Assembly (NCBI GenBank): GCA_030682175.1
Contig: JAUXOM010000031.1
Coordinates: 1,112 to 65,111 of the forward strand
Length of the DNA: 64,000 nucleotides
Source of the DNA: Rhodocyclaceae bacterium
GTDB taxonomy: Bacteria > Pseudomonadota > Gammaproteobacteria > Burkholderiales > Rhodocyclaceae
Reading direction: 5' to 3'
The first letter of the stretch is position 1; each line of letters opens with the position of its first letter. Below, in pieces: positions 49,310-60,435 of this stretch. The notes under the pieces were generated by a model, which worked only from the letters and a program-made list of their open reading frames with translations, made no database searches and had not been told where the DNA came from. Both the position numbers and the translations under genes were made by a program.

Positions 49310-51889
49310 TCAGACGTGCAGGATTTCGAGCAGTTCCTGTTCCAGCTTGATCAGTGTGGCCGTTTTACCGAGTTCTGCACCACTAATCAAGAAAGTATCC
49401 TCGACACGCTCGCCCAGTGTGGCAATTTTGGCGGAATACAGTCTTACTTCGTGTTTGGCCAGCGTGCGGGCGATGGCATAGAGCAGGCCGGCGCGGTCGG
49501 CTGCAGTGATCGACAGGATGTAATTGTTGCTGCTTTCGTCGGCGCGGATGGAGACTTCCGGCGTTAATGGGATATGCCGCACCTGCCGCGATACGCGGGC
49601 CTGCGCTGGCGGAGCGAGCGGCGGCTGCAGCGCGAGATGCTCTGCCAGGTCATGGTTGATCAGGCCGATCATGTCGCGGTATGGCAGCTGGTTGCCCGAA
49701 TCGAGCAGGATAAAGCTGTCAAGGGCATAGCCATGCCGTGTGGTGTGAATTTTGGCGTCGACAATCGAGTAGCCGAGTCGGGAGAAAAAACCGCACAAGC
49801 GGGCGAACAGCCAGGGTTGGTCACGGGTGTAGATCATCACCTGGAGACCGGCCCCGGCTGGATTGAGGCGGGCGCGGACGATGGGTTCCGGGCTTTCCGG
49901 ACAGTAATAGAGGGTCTGGGTGTGCCAGGCAATTTCCTCGCTATCGTGCCGCAGGAAATATGGCGTGTCGAGCCGGTCCCACAACGCGGTTTCTACCCCC
50001 GGACTGAGTCCGCGCAAACGCAGCAGGCGGCGCGCATCTTCACTGCGTTCCTCGATGCCGGCCAGCGGACTCTTGCTCTCGCCTCTCAGCAAGCGCAGTG
50101 TGATGCGGTAAAGGTCTTCGAGCAGCTTGGCTTTCCAGGCGTTCCATACCTTGGGGCTGGTGCCGCGAATATCGCAGACCGTCAGGAGATAAAGTGCGGT
50201 CAGGTGTTCTTCGCTATCGACAATGGTGGCGAACCGATGAATGACCTTGGGATCGGCGAGGTCGTGTTTCTGGGCGAATGTCGACATGGTCAGGTGATGT
50301 TCGACAAGAAAGCCGACCAGTTCAGTGTCGTCCTTGTTGATGCCGTGCATACGGCAAAAGCGCCGGGCGTCCCCTTCGCCCAGCTGCGAATGGTCGCCGC
50401 CGCGCCCCTTGGCTATGTCGTGGAACAGGGCGGCCAGGAAAAGTCGCCAGCGCTGCGGAAAGGCCGCCATCAGTCGCGCGCAATAGGGATATTCGTGGGC
50501 GAATTCCGGCAGGGAAAAACGCCGCAAGTTGCGTACGACCTGCAGGATGTGCTGGTCGACGGTGTAAACATGAAACAGGTCGTGCTGCATGCGCCCGACA
50601 ATGCGACCGAACACCGGCAGGTAGGCGCCGAGGATGTCGAACTGGTTCATGCGGCGCAACTGGTGGGTCAGCCCGCGGTTTTCCTTGAAGAGGGCCAGGA
50701 AATTGGCCTGGTTGGCGGGGTCGCGCCGGAACTTTGCATCGATGCGGCCACGGGCGCGCCACAGGGCGCGCAGCGTGCGGGAGGTCATGCCTTTCAGTTC
50801 CGGCCGTTGCGACAGCAACAGGAAGCTCTTGAGCAGGGCGGCCGGATGCTGTTCGAAATGATCGTCAGCGCGGATATCGAGTTGCTCGCGCACGATCTGG
50901 AAATCGGCGTCGATGATGAGTGGCGGGACGGCCGGATTCCGCTCCAGACGCGAGGCGAGATCGGCAAGGACCAGGGTATTCAACTGGGTGACGCGCTTGG
51001 CATTCCGGTAATACCGTTGCATCAGGACTTCCGCCGCACGCCGCGACGCCGTGGCGGCAAAGCCCATGGCCTTGGCCAGCGCTTCCTGATAGTCGAACAA
51101 CAGGCGGTCTTCGCGGCGACCGGTGAGCAAGTGCAGGCCAATGCGGATGCGCCGCAAAAAATCTTCCGAGCGGGCCAGCAGCCGGGCCTCGGCGCGCGTG
51201 ATGACTTCCGCGCCGGCGAGTTTGCGCCAGCTGTCGGTCAGCATTGCGGCGCGCGCAACCCACAGAATGGTATGCAGGTCGCGCAGGCCGCCGGGATTTT
51301 CCTTGCAGTTGGGCTCGAGGTTATAGGGCGTGTCGTTGTGCTTCGCGTAGCGCGCTTCCTGCTCCAGTCGCTTGGCCTTGAAGAAGGCCAGCGGGTCAAG
51401 CGCCTGGTCGAAGGCGTTGCGAAACCGGCTGTAAAGCTTGCGGTTGCCGCACAGGAAACGGGTTTCCAGCAGTGTGGTCTGCACCGTGATGTCGCGGTCG
51501 GCTTCTTCGATGCATTCACCGACAGTGCGTACGCTATGGCCGATGTCGAGACCAATGTCCCAGAATAATCCGATCAGTCTTTCGAGTGCCGGCCGGTGTG
51601 TTTCGGCGCTGCCGTCAGGCAGCAGAATCAGCAGGTCAACGTCCGACCCCGGATATTGTTCGCGCCTTCCATAGCCGCCGACCGCCGCCAGGCAAAGTTG
51701 CCGGTCCGGTGCCAGGGTGTGCCAGATGTGCTGCAATACACCGTCGATCAGGCGGGTTGTCCCGCGCAACAGCGCGGCCGGGTTGCCGTTGGCGAGATAC
51801 GTCTCCTTGAGGGCCTGTTTGCGCTCCTGCAGGGAGCGGCGCAGTTCGGCCACGAGCGTGGCGTCCGGCAAGGAAGGTGCTTGCTCCAC
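49310..51889 (-). CDS. glnD: PII uridylyltransferase GlnD
   Basis: AVGGYGR..PGSDVDL, GGLRD, HD domain (HVYTVDQH, FHDIAKGRGGDHS), ACT domains; GTG start. Confidence 0.96.
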   Translation of the reverse strand: MEQAPSLPDATLVAELRRSLQERKQALKETYLANGNPAALLRGTTRLIDGVLQHIWHTLAPDRQLCLAAVGGYGRREQYPGSDVDLLILLPDGSAETHRPALERLIGLFWDIGLDIGHSVRTVGECIEEADRDITVQTTLLETRFLCGNRKLYSRFRNAFDQALDPLAFFKAKRLEQEARYAKHNDTPYNLEPNCKENPGGLRDLHTILWVARAAMLTDSWRKLAGAEVITRAEARLLARSEDFLRRIRIGLHLLTGRREDRLLFDYQEALAKAMGFAATASRRAAEVLMQRYYRNAKRVTQLNTLVLADLASRLERNPAVPPLIIDADFQIVREQLDIRADDHFEQHPAALLKSFLLLSQRPELKGMTSRTLRALWRARGRIDAKFRRDPANQANFLALFKENRGLTHQLRRMNQFDILGAYLPVFGRIVGRMQHDLFHVYTVDQHILQVVRNLRRFSLPEFAHEYPYCARLMAAFPQRWRLFLAALFHDIAKGRGGDHSQLGEGDARRFCRMHGINKDDTELVGFLVEHHLTMSTFAQKHDLADPKVIHRFATIVDSEEHLTALYLLTVCDIRGTSPKVWNAWKAKLLEDLYRITLRLLRGESKSPLAGIEERSEDARRLLRLRGLSPGVETALWDRLDTPYFLRHDSEEIAWHTQTLYYCPESPEPIVRARLNPAGAGLQVMIYTRDQPWLFARLCGFFSRLGYSIVDAKIHTTRHGYALDSFILLDSGNQLPYRDMIGLINHDLAEHLALQPPLAPPAQARVSRQVRHIPLTPEVSIRADESSNNYILSITAADRAGLLYAIARTLAKHEVRLYSAKIATLGERVEDTFLISGAELGKTATLIKLEQELLEILHV

Positions 51890-51905
51890 GGCTGGCAGGA
51901 ACGAA

Positions 51906-52706
51906 TCAGGTCGCGAAGGGATTGGGCGGCGCGCCGGCCGAGAGGGTCATCACTTCGTAGCCGCTGGCCGTGACCGCGATGGTGTGCTCCCACTGCGCCG
52001 ACAGGCTGCGATCCTTGGTGACTATCGTCCAGCCGTCGGGCAGTTCCGACACGGTGGCCTTGCCGGCATTGATCATGGGTTCGATGGTGAAGGTCATGCC
52101 TTCTTCGAGCCGCAGGCCTTCCCCCGGCTTGCCGTAGTGCAACACCTGGGGTTCTTCGTGGAATTTCAGCCCGATCCCGTGGCCGCAAAATTCCCGCACC
52201 ACCGAAAAGCCATGCGACTCGGCATGCCGCTGGATGGCGGCACCGATGTCGCCGAGCCTTGCCCCCGGTTTGACCTCGCCGATACCGAGCCAGAGACATT
52301 CGTGGGCGATGGTGACCAGCCGGTTGGCGAGAATGGAGGCGGTGCCGCCAACATTGAACATGCGGCTGGTGTCGCCATGCCAGCCATCCTTGATGGTGGT
52401 GATGTCGAGATTGACAATATCCCCCTTTTTCAGGGTACGGTCATTGGGCAAGCCATGACAGACCTGATGATTTACCGAGGTGCAAATCGACTTTGGATAG
52501 GGCTGGTAACCCGGGGGAGAGTAGTTGAGCGGTGCCGGAATGCAGCCCTGGACGTTGACCATATAGTCATGACACAGGCGATCCAACTCGGCTGTGGTGA
52601 CGCCGGGAAGGACGAAGGGCGCGATATAGTCCAGCACCTCGCCGGCCAGGCGGCCGGCGACACGCATGTACTCGAGTTCTTCGGGTGTCTTGATGGTGAT
52701 GCTCAT
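51906..52706 (-). CDS. map: Methionine aminopeptidase
   Basis: SVNHQVCHG, GDTSRM, GHGIG, FHEEP, SAQWEHT. Confidence 0.97.
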   Translation of the reverse strand: MSITIKTPEELEYMRVAGRLAGEVLDYIAPFVLPGVTTAELDRLCHDYMVNVQGCIPAPLNYSPPGYQPYPKSICTSVNHQVCHGLPNDRTLKKGDIVNLDITTIKDGWHGDTSRMFNVGGTASILANRLVTIAHECLWLGIGEVKPGARLGDIGAAIQRHAESHGFSVVREFCGHGIGLKFHEEPQVLHYGKPGEGLRLEEGMTFTIEPMINAGKATVSELPDGWTIVTKDRSLSAQWEHTIAVTASGYEVMTLSAGAPPNPFAT

Positions 52707-52782
52707 GAATGGCTATATGGGGATGAATCGAATAATTCTAACCGCTGTGCCGGGTCGCGGAGCAAGGCACATGTAAGCACTA

Positions 52783-52812
52783 TTGAGGTTTGCTGCATTT
52801 CATAGCTATAAT
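52783..52812 (+). promoter_or_regulatory. Putative rpsB promoter
   Basis: TTGAGG-N18-TATAAT. Confidence 0.55.
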
Positions 52813-52839
52813 CCGCGGCTTGTCTGAATTTATTGGACA

Positions 52840-52929
52840 AAATTCACACACCCGGCGCCGAGTGGGTGCCGTGCCAATGTTGGCGCGGAGACCGGCCGGG
52901 TGGCGGATAACCCATATCGGAGATATGTT
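52840..52929 (+). promoter_or_regulatory. rpsB 5' leader (S2 autoregulatory RNA structure)
   Basis: CACACACCCGG...GGGTGCC...CCGGGTGG..ATAACCC resembles the proteobacterial rpsB leader. Confidence 0.5.
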
Positions 52930-53682
52930 ATGAGCACAACCATGCGTCAAATGCTGGAGGCCGGCGTGCATTTCGGCCACCAGACCCGTTTCTGGAACCC
53001 CAAGATGGCCCCGTACATTTTCGGCCATCGCAACAAGATTCACATCATCAACCTTGAGAAGACGCTCGCCAAGTTCAACGAAGCGACGGACTTCATCAAG
53101 AAGATGTCCTCCCGCAAGGGGAATGTCCTGTTTGTCGGCACCAAGCGTCAGGCGCGGGAAATCCTCTCCGAAGAGGCGCAACGCGCAGGCATGCCCTACG
53201 TCGATGAGCGTTGGTTGGGCGGCATGCTGACCAATTTCAAGACCGTCAAATTGTCGCTGAAGCGTCTCAAGGACATGGACCAAATGGCCGAGGACGGCGC
53301 CTTCGAAAAAATGCCGAAAAAAGAGGCATTGATGATGCAGCGCGAGCACGTCAAACTGCAAAAGAGCCTGGGTGGCATCAAGGATATGGCGGCGCTGCCC
53401 GATGCGATCTTCGTGATCGACGTTGGCTACCACAAGATTGCCGTCACCGAAGCCAAAAAACTGGGTATTCCGGTGGTCGGTGTAGTGGATACCAATCACA
53501 CGCCCATTGGCATTGACTATGTGATCCCGGGTAATGACGATTCGTCAAGCGCCATTCGTCTCTATGCGCGCGGGATTGCGGATGCGGCCCTCGAAGGCAG
53601 AAACCAGTCGCTCAACGAAGTGGTGCAGCAAATGGTTGGCGACGACGAGTTTGTCGAAGTCGAAGAAGAGGCTGCTGAATAA
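52930..53682 (+). CDS. rpsB: 30S ribosomal protein S2
   Basis: [35 protein letters not shown]. Confidence 0.98.
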   Translation: MSTTMRQMLEAGVHFGHQTRFWNPKMAPYIFGHRNKIHIINLEKTLAKFNEATDFIKKMSSRKGNVLFVGTKRQAREILSEEAQRAGMPYVDERWLGGMLTNFKTVKLSLKRLKDMDQMAEDGAFEKMPKKEALMMQREHVKLQKSLGGIKDMAALPDAIFVIDVGYHKIAVTEAKKLGIPVVGVVDTNHTPIGIDYVIPGNDDSSSAIRLYARGIADAALEGRNQSLNEVVQQMVGDDEFVEVEEEAAE

Positions 53683-53727
53683 AGTTTGCGCTTGCGCTGG
53701 TGCCATGCACACGTGTCACGCCGGCTG

Positions 53728-53794
53728 AAAAGCCGGCGCTGGCGATAGGTTCACGTGACACGCCAGCTGTAAAGTCGGCGCTGGCGAGACGGCG
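53728..53794 (+). repeat. Two core motif copies in rpsB-tsf gap
   Basis: AAAAGCCGGCGCTGGCGA (53728) and AAAGTCGGCGCTGGCGAGACGGCG (53771-53794). Confidence 0.8.
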
Positions 53795-53851
53795 GCAATC
53801 TTGCCGCCGTGCCCAGCGGCCCATGAATATCTGAACTTTGGAGTAAAACGA

Positions 53852-54751
53852 ATGGCGGAAATTACCGCAAGCATGGTTAAGGAACTGCGCGAAAAGACTG
53901 ACGCGCCGATGATGGAATGCAAGAGGGCGCTGACCGAAGCGGCCGGCGATCTGGCCAAGGCCGAGGAGATTTTGCGCGTCAAGCTGGGCAACAAGGCAAG
54001 CAAGGCGGCAACCCGTATTGCCGCTGAGGGTGTGGTTGGCTTGTACCTGGCTGCCGATGGCAAGCTGGGCGTTTTGCTTGAAGTTAACTCCGAGACCGAC
54101 TTCGTTGCGAAGAACGATGAATTTATCGCGCTCGCGAAAGGCTGTGCCGAACTGGTCGCCAAGCAGAATCCTGCCGATGTCGCAGCGCTGTCGGCGCTGT
54201 CGATGGGCGAGGGCACGGTCGAGTCCACCCGCGCTGCCCTGGTTGGCAAGATCGGCGAGAACATGACGCTACGCCGTTTCGCGCGCGTTGCCGCGGTGGG
54301 CAAGCTGGGTTCCTATGTGCATGGCGGTTCGAAGATCGGGGTGTTGGTCGATGTCACCGGTGGCGACGAGCAGTTGGCCAAGGATCTGGCCATGCACATT
54401 GCCGCCTCGAAACCCAAGTCCCTTGATTCCTCCGGCGTTCCTGCGGAACTGCTGGATACCGAGCGGCGCATTGCCATCGAAAAAGCCCGCGAATCCGGCA
54501 AGCCGGAAGCGATGCTGGAAAAAATCGCCGAGGGTACGGTACAGAAATATCTCAAGGATGTGACCCTGCTGGGTCAGGTGTTCGTCAAGGCCGAAGATGG
54601 CAAACAGACCATCGAGCAGTTGCTTAAAGCTAAAAACGCCAAGGTCAATGGCTTTACCTTGTATGTCGTGGGTGAGGGCATCGAGAAGAAAGTGAATGAC
54701 TTCGCTGCCGAAGTGGCCGAACAGGCAGCGGCGGCTGCTGCCAAGAAGTAA
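53852..54751 (+). CDS. tsf: Elongation factor Ts
   Basis: [26 protein letters not shown]. Confidence 0.97.
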   Translation: MAEITASMVKELREKTDAPMMECKRALTEAAGDLAKAEEILRVKLGNKASKAATRIAAEGVVGLYLAADGKLGVLLEVNSETDFVAKNDEFIALAKGCAELVAKQNPADVAALSALSMGEGTVESTRAALVGKIGENMTLRRFARVAAVGKLGSYVHGGSKIGVLVDVTGGDEQLAKDLAMHIAASKPKSLDSSGVPAELLDTERRIAIEKARESGKPEAMLEKIAEGTVQKYLKDVTLLGQVFVKAEDGKQTIEQLLKAKNAKVNGFTLYVVGEGIEKKVNDFAAEVAEQAAAAAAKK

Positions 54752-54762
54752 GCGTTTCAGCC

Positions 54763-55488
54763 ATGACCATCGCCGCTTCTCCCAAATACCGGCGCATCCT
54801 GCTCAAGCTTTCGGGCGAAGCGCTGATGGGCAATGATGCCTTTGGCATCAATCGCGAGACGCTGGGGCGAATCGTCAATGAGATCAGGATGGTGACCGAT
54901 CTCGGTGTGGCGGTTGGCGTGGTAATCGGCGGAGGGAATATTTTTCGTGGCATGGCGGGGGCCGCCTCCGGCATGGATCGCGCCGCTGCCGACTACATGG
55001 GCATGCTGGCCACGGTCATGAATGCGATGGCGCTGGCGGATGCCATGCGCCAGGCCGGCTTGCCGGCGCGCGTGCAGTCGGCGCTCAAGATCGATCAGGT
55101 GGTCGAGTCCTACATCCGGGGCAAGGCGATCCGCTATCTGGATGATGGCAAGGTCGTCATCTTCGGCGGTGGCACGGGCAACCCCTTCTTCACCACCGAT
55201 ACGGCGGCGGCATTGCGCGGCGCGGAAATCGGTGCGGAGATCGTCCTCAAGGCCACCAAGGTGGATGGCGTGTATAGCGCCGACCCCAAAAAAGATCCGA
55301 CGGCGACACGTTTTTCCAGCATCAGCTTCGATGAGGCGATTGGCCGCAATCTGGCGGTGATGGATAGCACGGCGTTTGCCCTGTGCCGTGACCAGAAGTT
55401 GCCGATCAATGTGTTTTCGATCTTCAAGGCAGGTGCGCTGAAGCGCGTGGTGATGGGTGAGGATGAAGGCACGCTCGTACACTGTTAG
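54763..55488 (+). CDS. pyrH: UMP kinase
   Basis: [27 protein letters not shown]. Confidence 0.97.
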   Translation: MTIAASPKYRRILLKLSGEALMGNDAFGINRETLGRIVNEIRMVTDLGVAVGVVIGGGNIFRGMAGAASGMDRAAADYMGMLATVMNAMALADAMRQAGLPARVQSALKIDQVVESYIRGKAIRYLDDGKVVIFGGGTGNPFFTTDTAAALRGAEIGAEIVLKATKVDGVYSADPKKDPTATRFSSISFDEAIGRNLAVMDSTAFALCRDQKLPINVFSIFKAGALKRVVMGEDEGTLVHC

Positions 55489-55497
55489 GAGTTTTTC

Positions 55498-56058
55498 ATG
55501 ATCATCGATGAACTTAAAAAAACCACCGAACACAAGATGCAGCGGAGCCTCGAGCTTCTTCGGCTGGACCTCGCCAAGGTGCGCACTGGCCGCGCCCATA
55601 CCGGGCTGCTGGACCATGTTCAGGTTGATTATTACGGCACGCTGATGGCGATCAACCAGGTCGCCAACATCACCCTGCTGGATGCCCGTACCATCGGTGT
55701 GCAACCGTGGGAGAAACCCATGGTTGCCAAAGTGGAGAAGGCGATTCGTGATGCCGATCTTGGCTTGAACCCGGCCACCCAGGGCGACATGTTGCGCGTA
55801 CCGATGCCGGTATTGACCGAAGAGCGTCGCCGCGACCTGATCAAGGTCGTCAAGAATGAGGGCGAGACCGCCAAGGTGGCGATTCGCAATCTGCGCCGCG
55901 ATGCCAACACTCACCTCAAGGACGCCCTCAAGAAGCATGAGGTTCCCGAGGATGAAGAGCGGCGTGCCCAGGATGATGTCCAGAAACTCACCGACAAATA
56001 TGTCGCCGAGGTGGACAAGCTGCTGGCTGAAAAAGAGAAGGATCTGATGGCCATCTAG
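55498..56058 (+). CDS. frr: Ribosome recycling factor
   Basis: RTGRA, QPWEK, TEERRR, IRNLRRD. Confidence 0.97.
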   Translation: MIIDELKKTTEHKMQRSLELLRLDLAKVRTGRAHTGLLDHVQVDYYGTLMAINQVANITLLDARTIGVQPWEKPMVAKVEKAIRDADLGLNPATQGDMLRVPMPVLTEERRRDLIKVVKNEGETAKVAIRNLRRDANTHLKDALKKHEVPEDEERRAQDDVQKLTDKYVAEVDKLLAEKEKDLMAI

Positions 56059-56082
56059 GCCATCTGTTCAGCCACGCCAACG

Positions 56083-56877
56083 ATGGCGGATTACAACAGT
56101 TCGACACTCACCATCCCGGAGTCTCGGGATGTGCCGCGTCATGTGGCGATGATCATGGATGGCAATGGCCGCTGGGCGAAGAAGCGTTTTTTGCCCCGCG
56201 TGGCCGGTCACCAGCAGGGGGTCGAGACGGTCCGGCAGGTCGTCAAGACCTGTATCGAGCATGGCATCGAATATCTGACGCTATTTGCCTTCAGTTCGGA
56301 AAACTGGCGCCGCCCGGCCGAGGAAGTCGGGTTTCTCATGAACCTGTTTGTCATGGCGCTCCAGCGCGAGGTCGGCCGTTTGCATAAGAACGGTGTGCGT
56401 TTGCGGGTGATTGGCGACCTGTCTGCCTTCGAACCGCGACTGATTGAGCTGATTCGCCGTGGCGAGAACCTTACGGCGGGCAATGACAAGCTGGTCCTGA
56501 CGATTGCCGCCAATTACGGTGGCCGCTGGGACCTGATGCAGGCGTTCAATGGCCTGGTTCTGGCGAATCCTGAAAAAGCCGGGGCATACACCGAGGCCGA
56601 TCTCGAGCCTTTCCTGGCGATGAGTTATGCCCCGGAACCCGATTTGTTCATTCGCACTGGTGGCGAGCAGCGCATCAGCAACTTTCTGCTCTGGCAACTG
56701 GCCTATTGCGAGCTGTTTTTTACCGACAAGTTCTGGCCGGATTTCGATGCGAACACACTGGATGCCGCCATTCAGAGCTATCGGCGGCGCGAGAGGCGCT
56801 TTGGCCGTACCAGCGAACAACTGCTCGACAAGAAAACAGTGCAGTCGACATTAAGTACCGCGGAGTCAAATGCTTAG
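56083..56877 (+). CDS. uppS: Undecaprenyl diphosphate synthase
   Basis: [34 protein letters not shown]. Confidence 0.97.
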   Translation: MADYNSSTLTIPESRDVPRHVAMIMDGNGRWAKKRFLPRVAGHQQGVETVRQVVKTCIEHGIEYLTLFAFSSENWRRPAEEVGFLMNLFVMALQREVGRLHKNGVRLRVIGDLSAFEPRLIELIRRGENLTAGNDKLVLTIAANYGGRWDLMQAFNGLVLANPEKAGAYTEADLEPFLAMSYAPEPDLFIRTGGEQRISNFLLWQLAYCELFFTDKFWPDFDANTLDAAIQSYRRRERRFGRTSEQLLDKKTVQSTLSTAESNA

Positions 56878-57670
56878 GGCGCGGGTGATTACCGCGCTGT
56901 TTCTGGCCGCCGGTTTTCTTGCCGTATTGTTTTTTCTGCCCGAGTCCCTGGTCGGAATAGTGTTTGCCATCATTGCCGCATTGGCTGCCTGGGAATGGGC
57001 CGGTTTGATGAAGCCGGGCAAGCCGGGCGCAGCGTTTCGCCTCCTGTATGCCGGTTTAGTGCTCGGTCTGTGCGGCGCGCTCTGGGCCATGCCGTATGAC
57101 TATTCGACCTTGCCCGTATTAATGTGGTCGGTGTCCGCCCTGTTTTGGCTGTTCATCGTGCCAGTCTGGCTGATGCGTGGCTGGCGGCCCGGTTGGGCCG
57201 GATATGTTGTTGGCCTGATTCTGCTGGTACCCGCCTGGGCAGCGCTGGTGGCCTTGTATGCGCATGGCCCGCTGGTGCTCCTGGCGGTCATGGCGCTGGT
57301 CTGGGTCGCCGACATTGCAGCGTACTTTACCGGTCGGGCTTTCGGACGGCACAAACTGGCGCCCGCCATCAGTCCGGGAAAAACCTGGGAGGGCGTGGCC
57401 GGGGCCGTTGTCGGCGTAGTGCTGGTTGGCCTGCTCCTCAGTAAGCTTCTGCCGCTGGCTCATGGCCTGGGCTGGGTGCCGCTGGCCGGTTTCCTGCTGC
57501 TCTTTACGGCATTCAGCATCATCGGCGACCTGTTTGAATCGCTGATCAAGCGCCAGGCCAACATGAAGGACAGCAGTCAGATGCTGCCAGGCCATGGTGG
57601 CATACTGGACCGCATCGACAGTCAGATGTCCACCCTGCCGCTGGCGGCTTTGACGCTGCATTGGATATAG
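56870..57670 (+). CDS. cdsA: Phosphatidate cytidylyltransferase
   Basis: [33 protein letters not shown]. Confidence 0.96.
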   Translation: MLRARVITALFLAAGFLAVLFFLPESLVGIVFAIIAALAAWEWAGLMKPGKPGAAFRLLYAGLVLGLCGALWAMPYDYSTLPVLMWSVSALFWLFIVPVWLMRGWRPGWAGYVVGLILLVPAWAALVALYAHGPLVLLAVMALVWVADIAAYFTGRAFGRHKLAPAISPGKTWEGVAGAVVGVVLVGLLLSKLLPLAHGLGWVPLAGFLLLFTAFSIIGDLFESLIKRQANMKDSSQMLPGHGGILDRIDSQMSTLPLAALTLHWI

Positions 57671-57676
57671 AGTAAT

Positions 57677-57866
57677 TGGCCCCCCACGCTCGTAAATTCG
57701 ACTCGCTGCCCCCCACAGGGGGGCGCATGCCTCCTTGGGGCGGCCCGGCGGAGGCATGGGTGGCCCCCCACGCTCGCAAATTCGACTCGCTGCCCCCCAT
57801 GAAATCACCCGCAGCGGTGACGGGTGAACTTATGCCTCCTTGGGACGGCCCGGCGGAGGCATGGTG
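57677..57866 (+). repeat. Two tandem hairpin elements (family H); second carries a 21-nt module and overlaps the dxr start
   Basis: GGCCCCCCACGCTCG.AAATTCGACTCGCTGCCCCCCA...ATGCCTC-CTTGGG(G/A)CGGCCCGGCG-GAGGCAT twice. Confidence 0.88.
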
Positions 57867-59051
57867 ACCCGCCAGAAACTGACGGTGCTGGGCGCCACGG
57901 GTTCGATCGGTGTCAGTACGCTGGATGTGGTGGCACGCCATCCCGACCGCTACGAGGTGATTGCCCTGACGGGCAACAGTCGTGTCGAGGTGCTGCTTGA
58001 GCAATGTCTGCAACACCGGCCGCGTTATGCGGTGGTGGGACACGCAGATGCTGTGGCCGGACTCACCGAACGTCTGCGCAGTGCCGGGCTGAGCACCGCG
58101 GTGCTGGCCGGGCCGGCTGCGCTGGAGCAGGTGGCGGCATTACCCGAAGTCGATATGGTGATGGCGGCGATTGTCGGTGCGGCTGGACTGCAGCCGACCT
58201 TGGCCGCGGTGCGCCAGGGCAAGCGCGTGCTGCTGGCCAACAAGGAAGTGCTGGTAATGGCCGGAGCCTTGTTCATGGCCGAAGTGCGCAAATATGGCGC
58301 CACGCTGTTGCCCATCGACAGCGAGCACAACGCGATATTCCAATCGCTGCCGGCTGGCTATGCTGGAGAACCAGCTGGCGCCGGGGTGAGCCATATCCTG
58401 CTGACGGCTTCCGGTGGCCCGTTCCTCGGCACGCCCCTTGAGCGCTTGCGGAATGTGACGCCTGCGGAGGCCTGCGCCCATCCCAACTGGACGATGGGGC
58501 GGAAAATTTCCGTCGATTCGGCCACCCTGATGAACAAGGGGCTGGAGGTCATCGAGGCGCACTGGCTGTTCAATCTTCCTTCCGAGCAGATCGAGGTGGT
58601 GATCCACCCGCAAAGCGTCATCCATTCGCTGGTGCAATATGTCGATGGCTCGGTGCTGGCTGAGCTCGGCAACCCCGACATGCGCACCCCGATCGCCTAT
58701 GCAATGGCCTGGCCGGAGCGCATTGCGGCGGGAGTGGCGCCGCTGGATCTGCCGGCGATTGCCAAACTCAGCTTCGAACGACCCGATCTGCTGCGTTTCC
58801 CTTGCCTGGCGCTGGCATTTCGCGCCTTGCGCGACGGGGCGAATGCGGCGACGGTGCTGAATGCCGCCAACGAGGTGGCCGTGGCGGCATTCCTCGCCGG
58901 GCGTTTGCCATTCCTCGCCATTGCCGAAATCATTGCCGCCACGCTGGATGCCGTGCCGGTCAGGCCGATGGCCGATCTGCCGGCGATTCTGGCGGAGGAC
59001 GCCAATGCCCGTGCCGTCGCTACGGAACTGCTGGCCAGGAGGTCCGCATGA
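57861..59051 (+). CDS. dxr: 1-deoxy-D-xylulose-5-phosphate reductoisomerase
   Basis: [40 protein letters not shown]. Confidence 0.97.
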   Translation: MVTRQKLTVLGATGSIGVSTLDVVARHPDRYEVIALTGNSRVEVLLEQCLQHRPRYAVVGHADAVAGLTERLRSAGLSTAVLAGPAALEQVAALPEVDMVMAAIVGAAGLQPTLAAVRQGKRVLLANKEVLVMAGALFMAEVRKYGATLLPIDSEHNAIFQSLPAGYAGEPAGAGVSHILLTASGGPFLGTPLERLRNVTPAEACAHPNWTMGRKISVDSATLMNKGLEVIEAHWLFNLPSEQIEVVIHPQSVIHSLVQYVDGSVLAELGNPDMRTPIAYAMAWPERIAAGVAPLDLPAIAKLSFERPDLLRFPCLALAFRALRDGANAATVLNAANEVAVAAFLAGRLPFLAIAEIIAATLDAVPVRPMADLPAILAEDANARAVATELLARRSA

Positions 59052-60424
59052 CCGCCCAGGGTTTCCTCTGGGTTCTGGGTGCTTTCCTGCTGGCGCTGGG
59101 CCTGCTGATCGTTGTCCATGAGCTGGGGCATTACCTGGCGGCACGGATCTGCAACGTCAAGGTGCTGCGTTTTTCCGTGGGTTTCGGCCGGCCGCTCTGG
59201 ACGCGGCGCTTCGGCCGCGATCAAACAGAGTGGTCGGTGGCGGTTTTCCCCCTGGGTGGTTACGTCAAGATGCTCGATGAGCGCGAGGCTGATGTGCCCG
59301 AGCACGAACTCGGGCGTGCCTTCAACCGTCAGAGTGTGGGGCGACGCAGTTTTATTGTGGTGGCGGGGCCGGTGGCCAACCTGTTGCTGGCGGTTCTCTT
59401 GTATTGGTTCCTGTTCATGAGCGGGGTGCAAGAGCCGCGTCCGGTGCTTGCCGCTCCCCCGGCCGGCACGCTGGCGGCAGAAGCAAAAGTCGGCGCTGGC
59501 GAGACGGCGCGCGCGGTGTCGGGTACGCCGGTGGAGACCTGGACCGAGTTGCGCTGGGAATTGCTGCGACGGGTTCTGGATCGTGAAACCGTAGTGCTCG
59601 AGACCATTGATGCCCGCGGCAATATCGCTGTGTACCGCCTTGCGGTCGAGCGACTTGACAGCGCCGCGCTTGACACTGATGTGATGCAGGTCCTCGGCCT
59701 GTACCTGATGCGGCCGGATTTGCCCGCAATACTTGGCGAAGTGCAGCCAGGTTCGCCGGCCGCTGCCGCCGGTTTGCAGTCAGCAGACTTGATTCAGGGA
59801 ATCAACGGTAGTCCCGTTGCGTCCTGGCACGAACTGGTTCAGGGTATCCGTGCCGGGGCGGCAGCGGAACTTCTTCTGGACGTCAAGCGTGGCGAACAGC
59901 TTTTACAGGTGCGGGTCGTTCCGGAAATGGTCGAAGAGCGTGGTGGCAAGCGGGTTCCCCGTATCGGTATCGCCGTGCGTGACGATCCCGAGCTGCGCAA
60001 AAATGCGCTGGTGACTGTGCGTTACGGCGTGGGTGATTCGCTGCAGCGCGCCTTGGTGCAAACCTGGGACATCTCGGTGCTGAGTCTGCGCATGATCGGC
60101 CGCATGCTGATCGGCGAACTTTCAGTCAAGAACATCTCCGGGCCGGTGACCATTGCCGACTACGCCGGCCAGTCCGCGCGGATGGGCGCGGACCATTATC
60201 TGCGTTTTCTGGCACTCATCAGCATCAGTCTCGGAGTGCTCAATCTGCTGCCCATACCGGTTCTGGATGGGGGGCACTTGATGTATTATCTTGCCGAAGT
60301 TATCAAGGGTGGACCTCTCTCCGAACGAGTCATGGAAATCGGCCAGCAGATCGGTTTTGCGCTGCTGTTTTTGCTGATGGCCCTGGCGTTCTATAACGAC
60401 ATTATTCGCTTGGTTGCCAACTGA
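59048..60424 (+). CDS. rseP: RIP metalloprotease RseP
   Basis: HELGH, two PDZ domains, [12 protein letters not shown]. Confidence 0.96.
   Translation: MTAQGFLWVLGAFLLALGLLIVVHELGHYLAARICNVKVLRFSVGFGRPLWTRRFGRDQTEWSVAVFPLGGYVKMLDEREADVPEHELGRAFNRQSVGRRSFIVVAGPVANLLLAVLLYWFLFMSGVQEPRPVLAAPPAGTLAAEAKVGAGETARAVSGTPVETWTELRWELLRRVLDRETVVLETIDARGNIAVYRLAVERLDSAALDTDVMQVLGLYLMRPDLPAILGEVQPGSPAAAAGLQSADLIQGINGSPVASWHELVQGIRAGAAAELLLDVKRGEQLLQVRVVPEMVEERGGKRVPRIGIAVRDDPELRKNALVTVRYGVGDSLQRALVQTWDISVLSLRMIGRMLIGELSVKNISGPVTIADYAGQSARMGADHYLRFLALISISLGVLNLLPIPVLDGGHLMYYLAEVIKGGPLSERVMEIGQQIGFALLFLLMALAFYNDIIRLVAN
59485..59509 (+). repeat. Core motif inside rseP PDZ1
   Basis: AAAAGTCGGCGCTGGCGAGACGGCG, one mismatch, read as KVGAGETA. 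Confidence 0.85.
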
Positions 60425-60435
60425 GTTTCTGACTG

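Noticed and set aside
50901-50932. AAATCGGCG...TGGCGGGACGGC in glnD
   Set aside because: The 11-nt spacer is unlike the modules and the encoded sequence fits GlnD; probably coincidental
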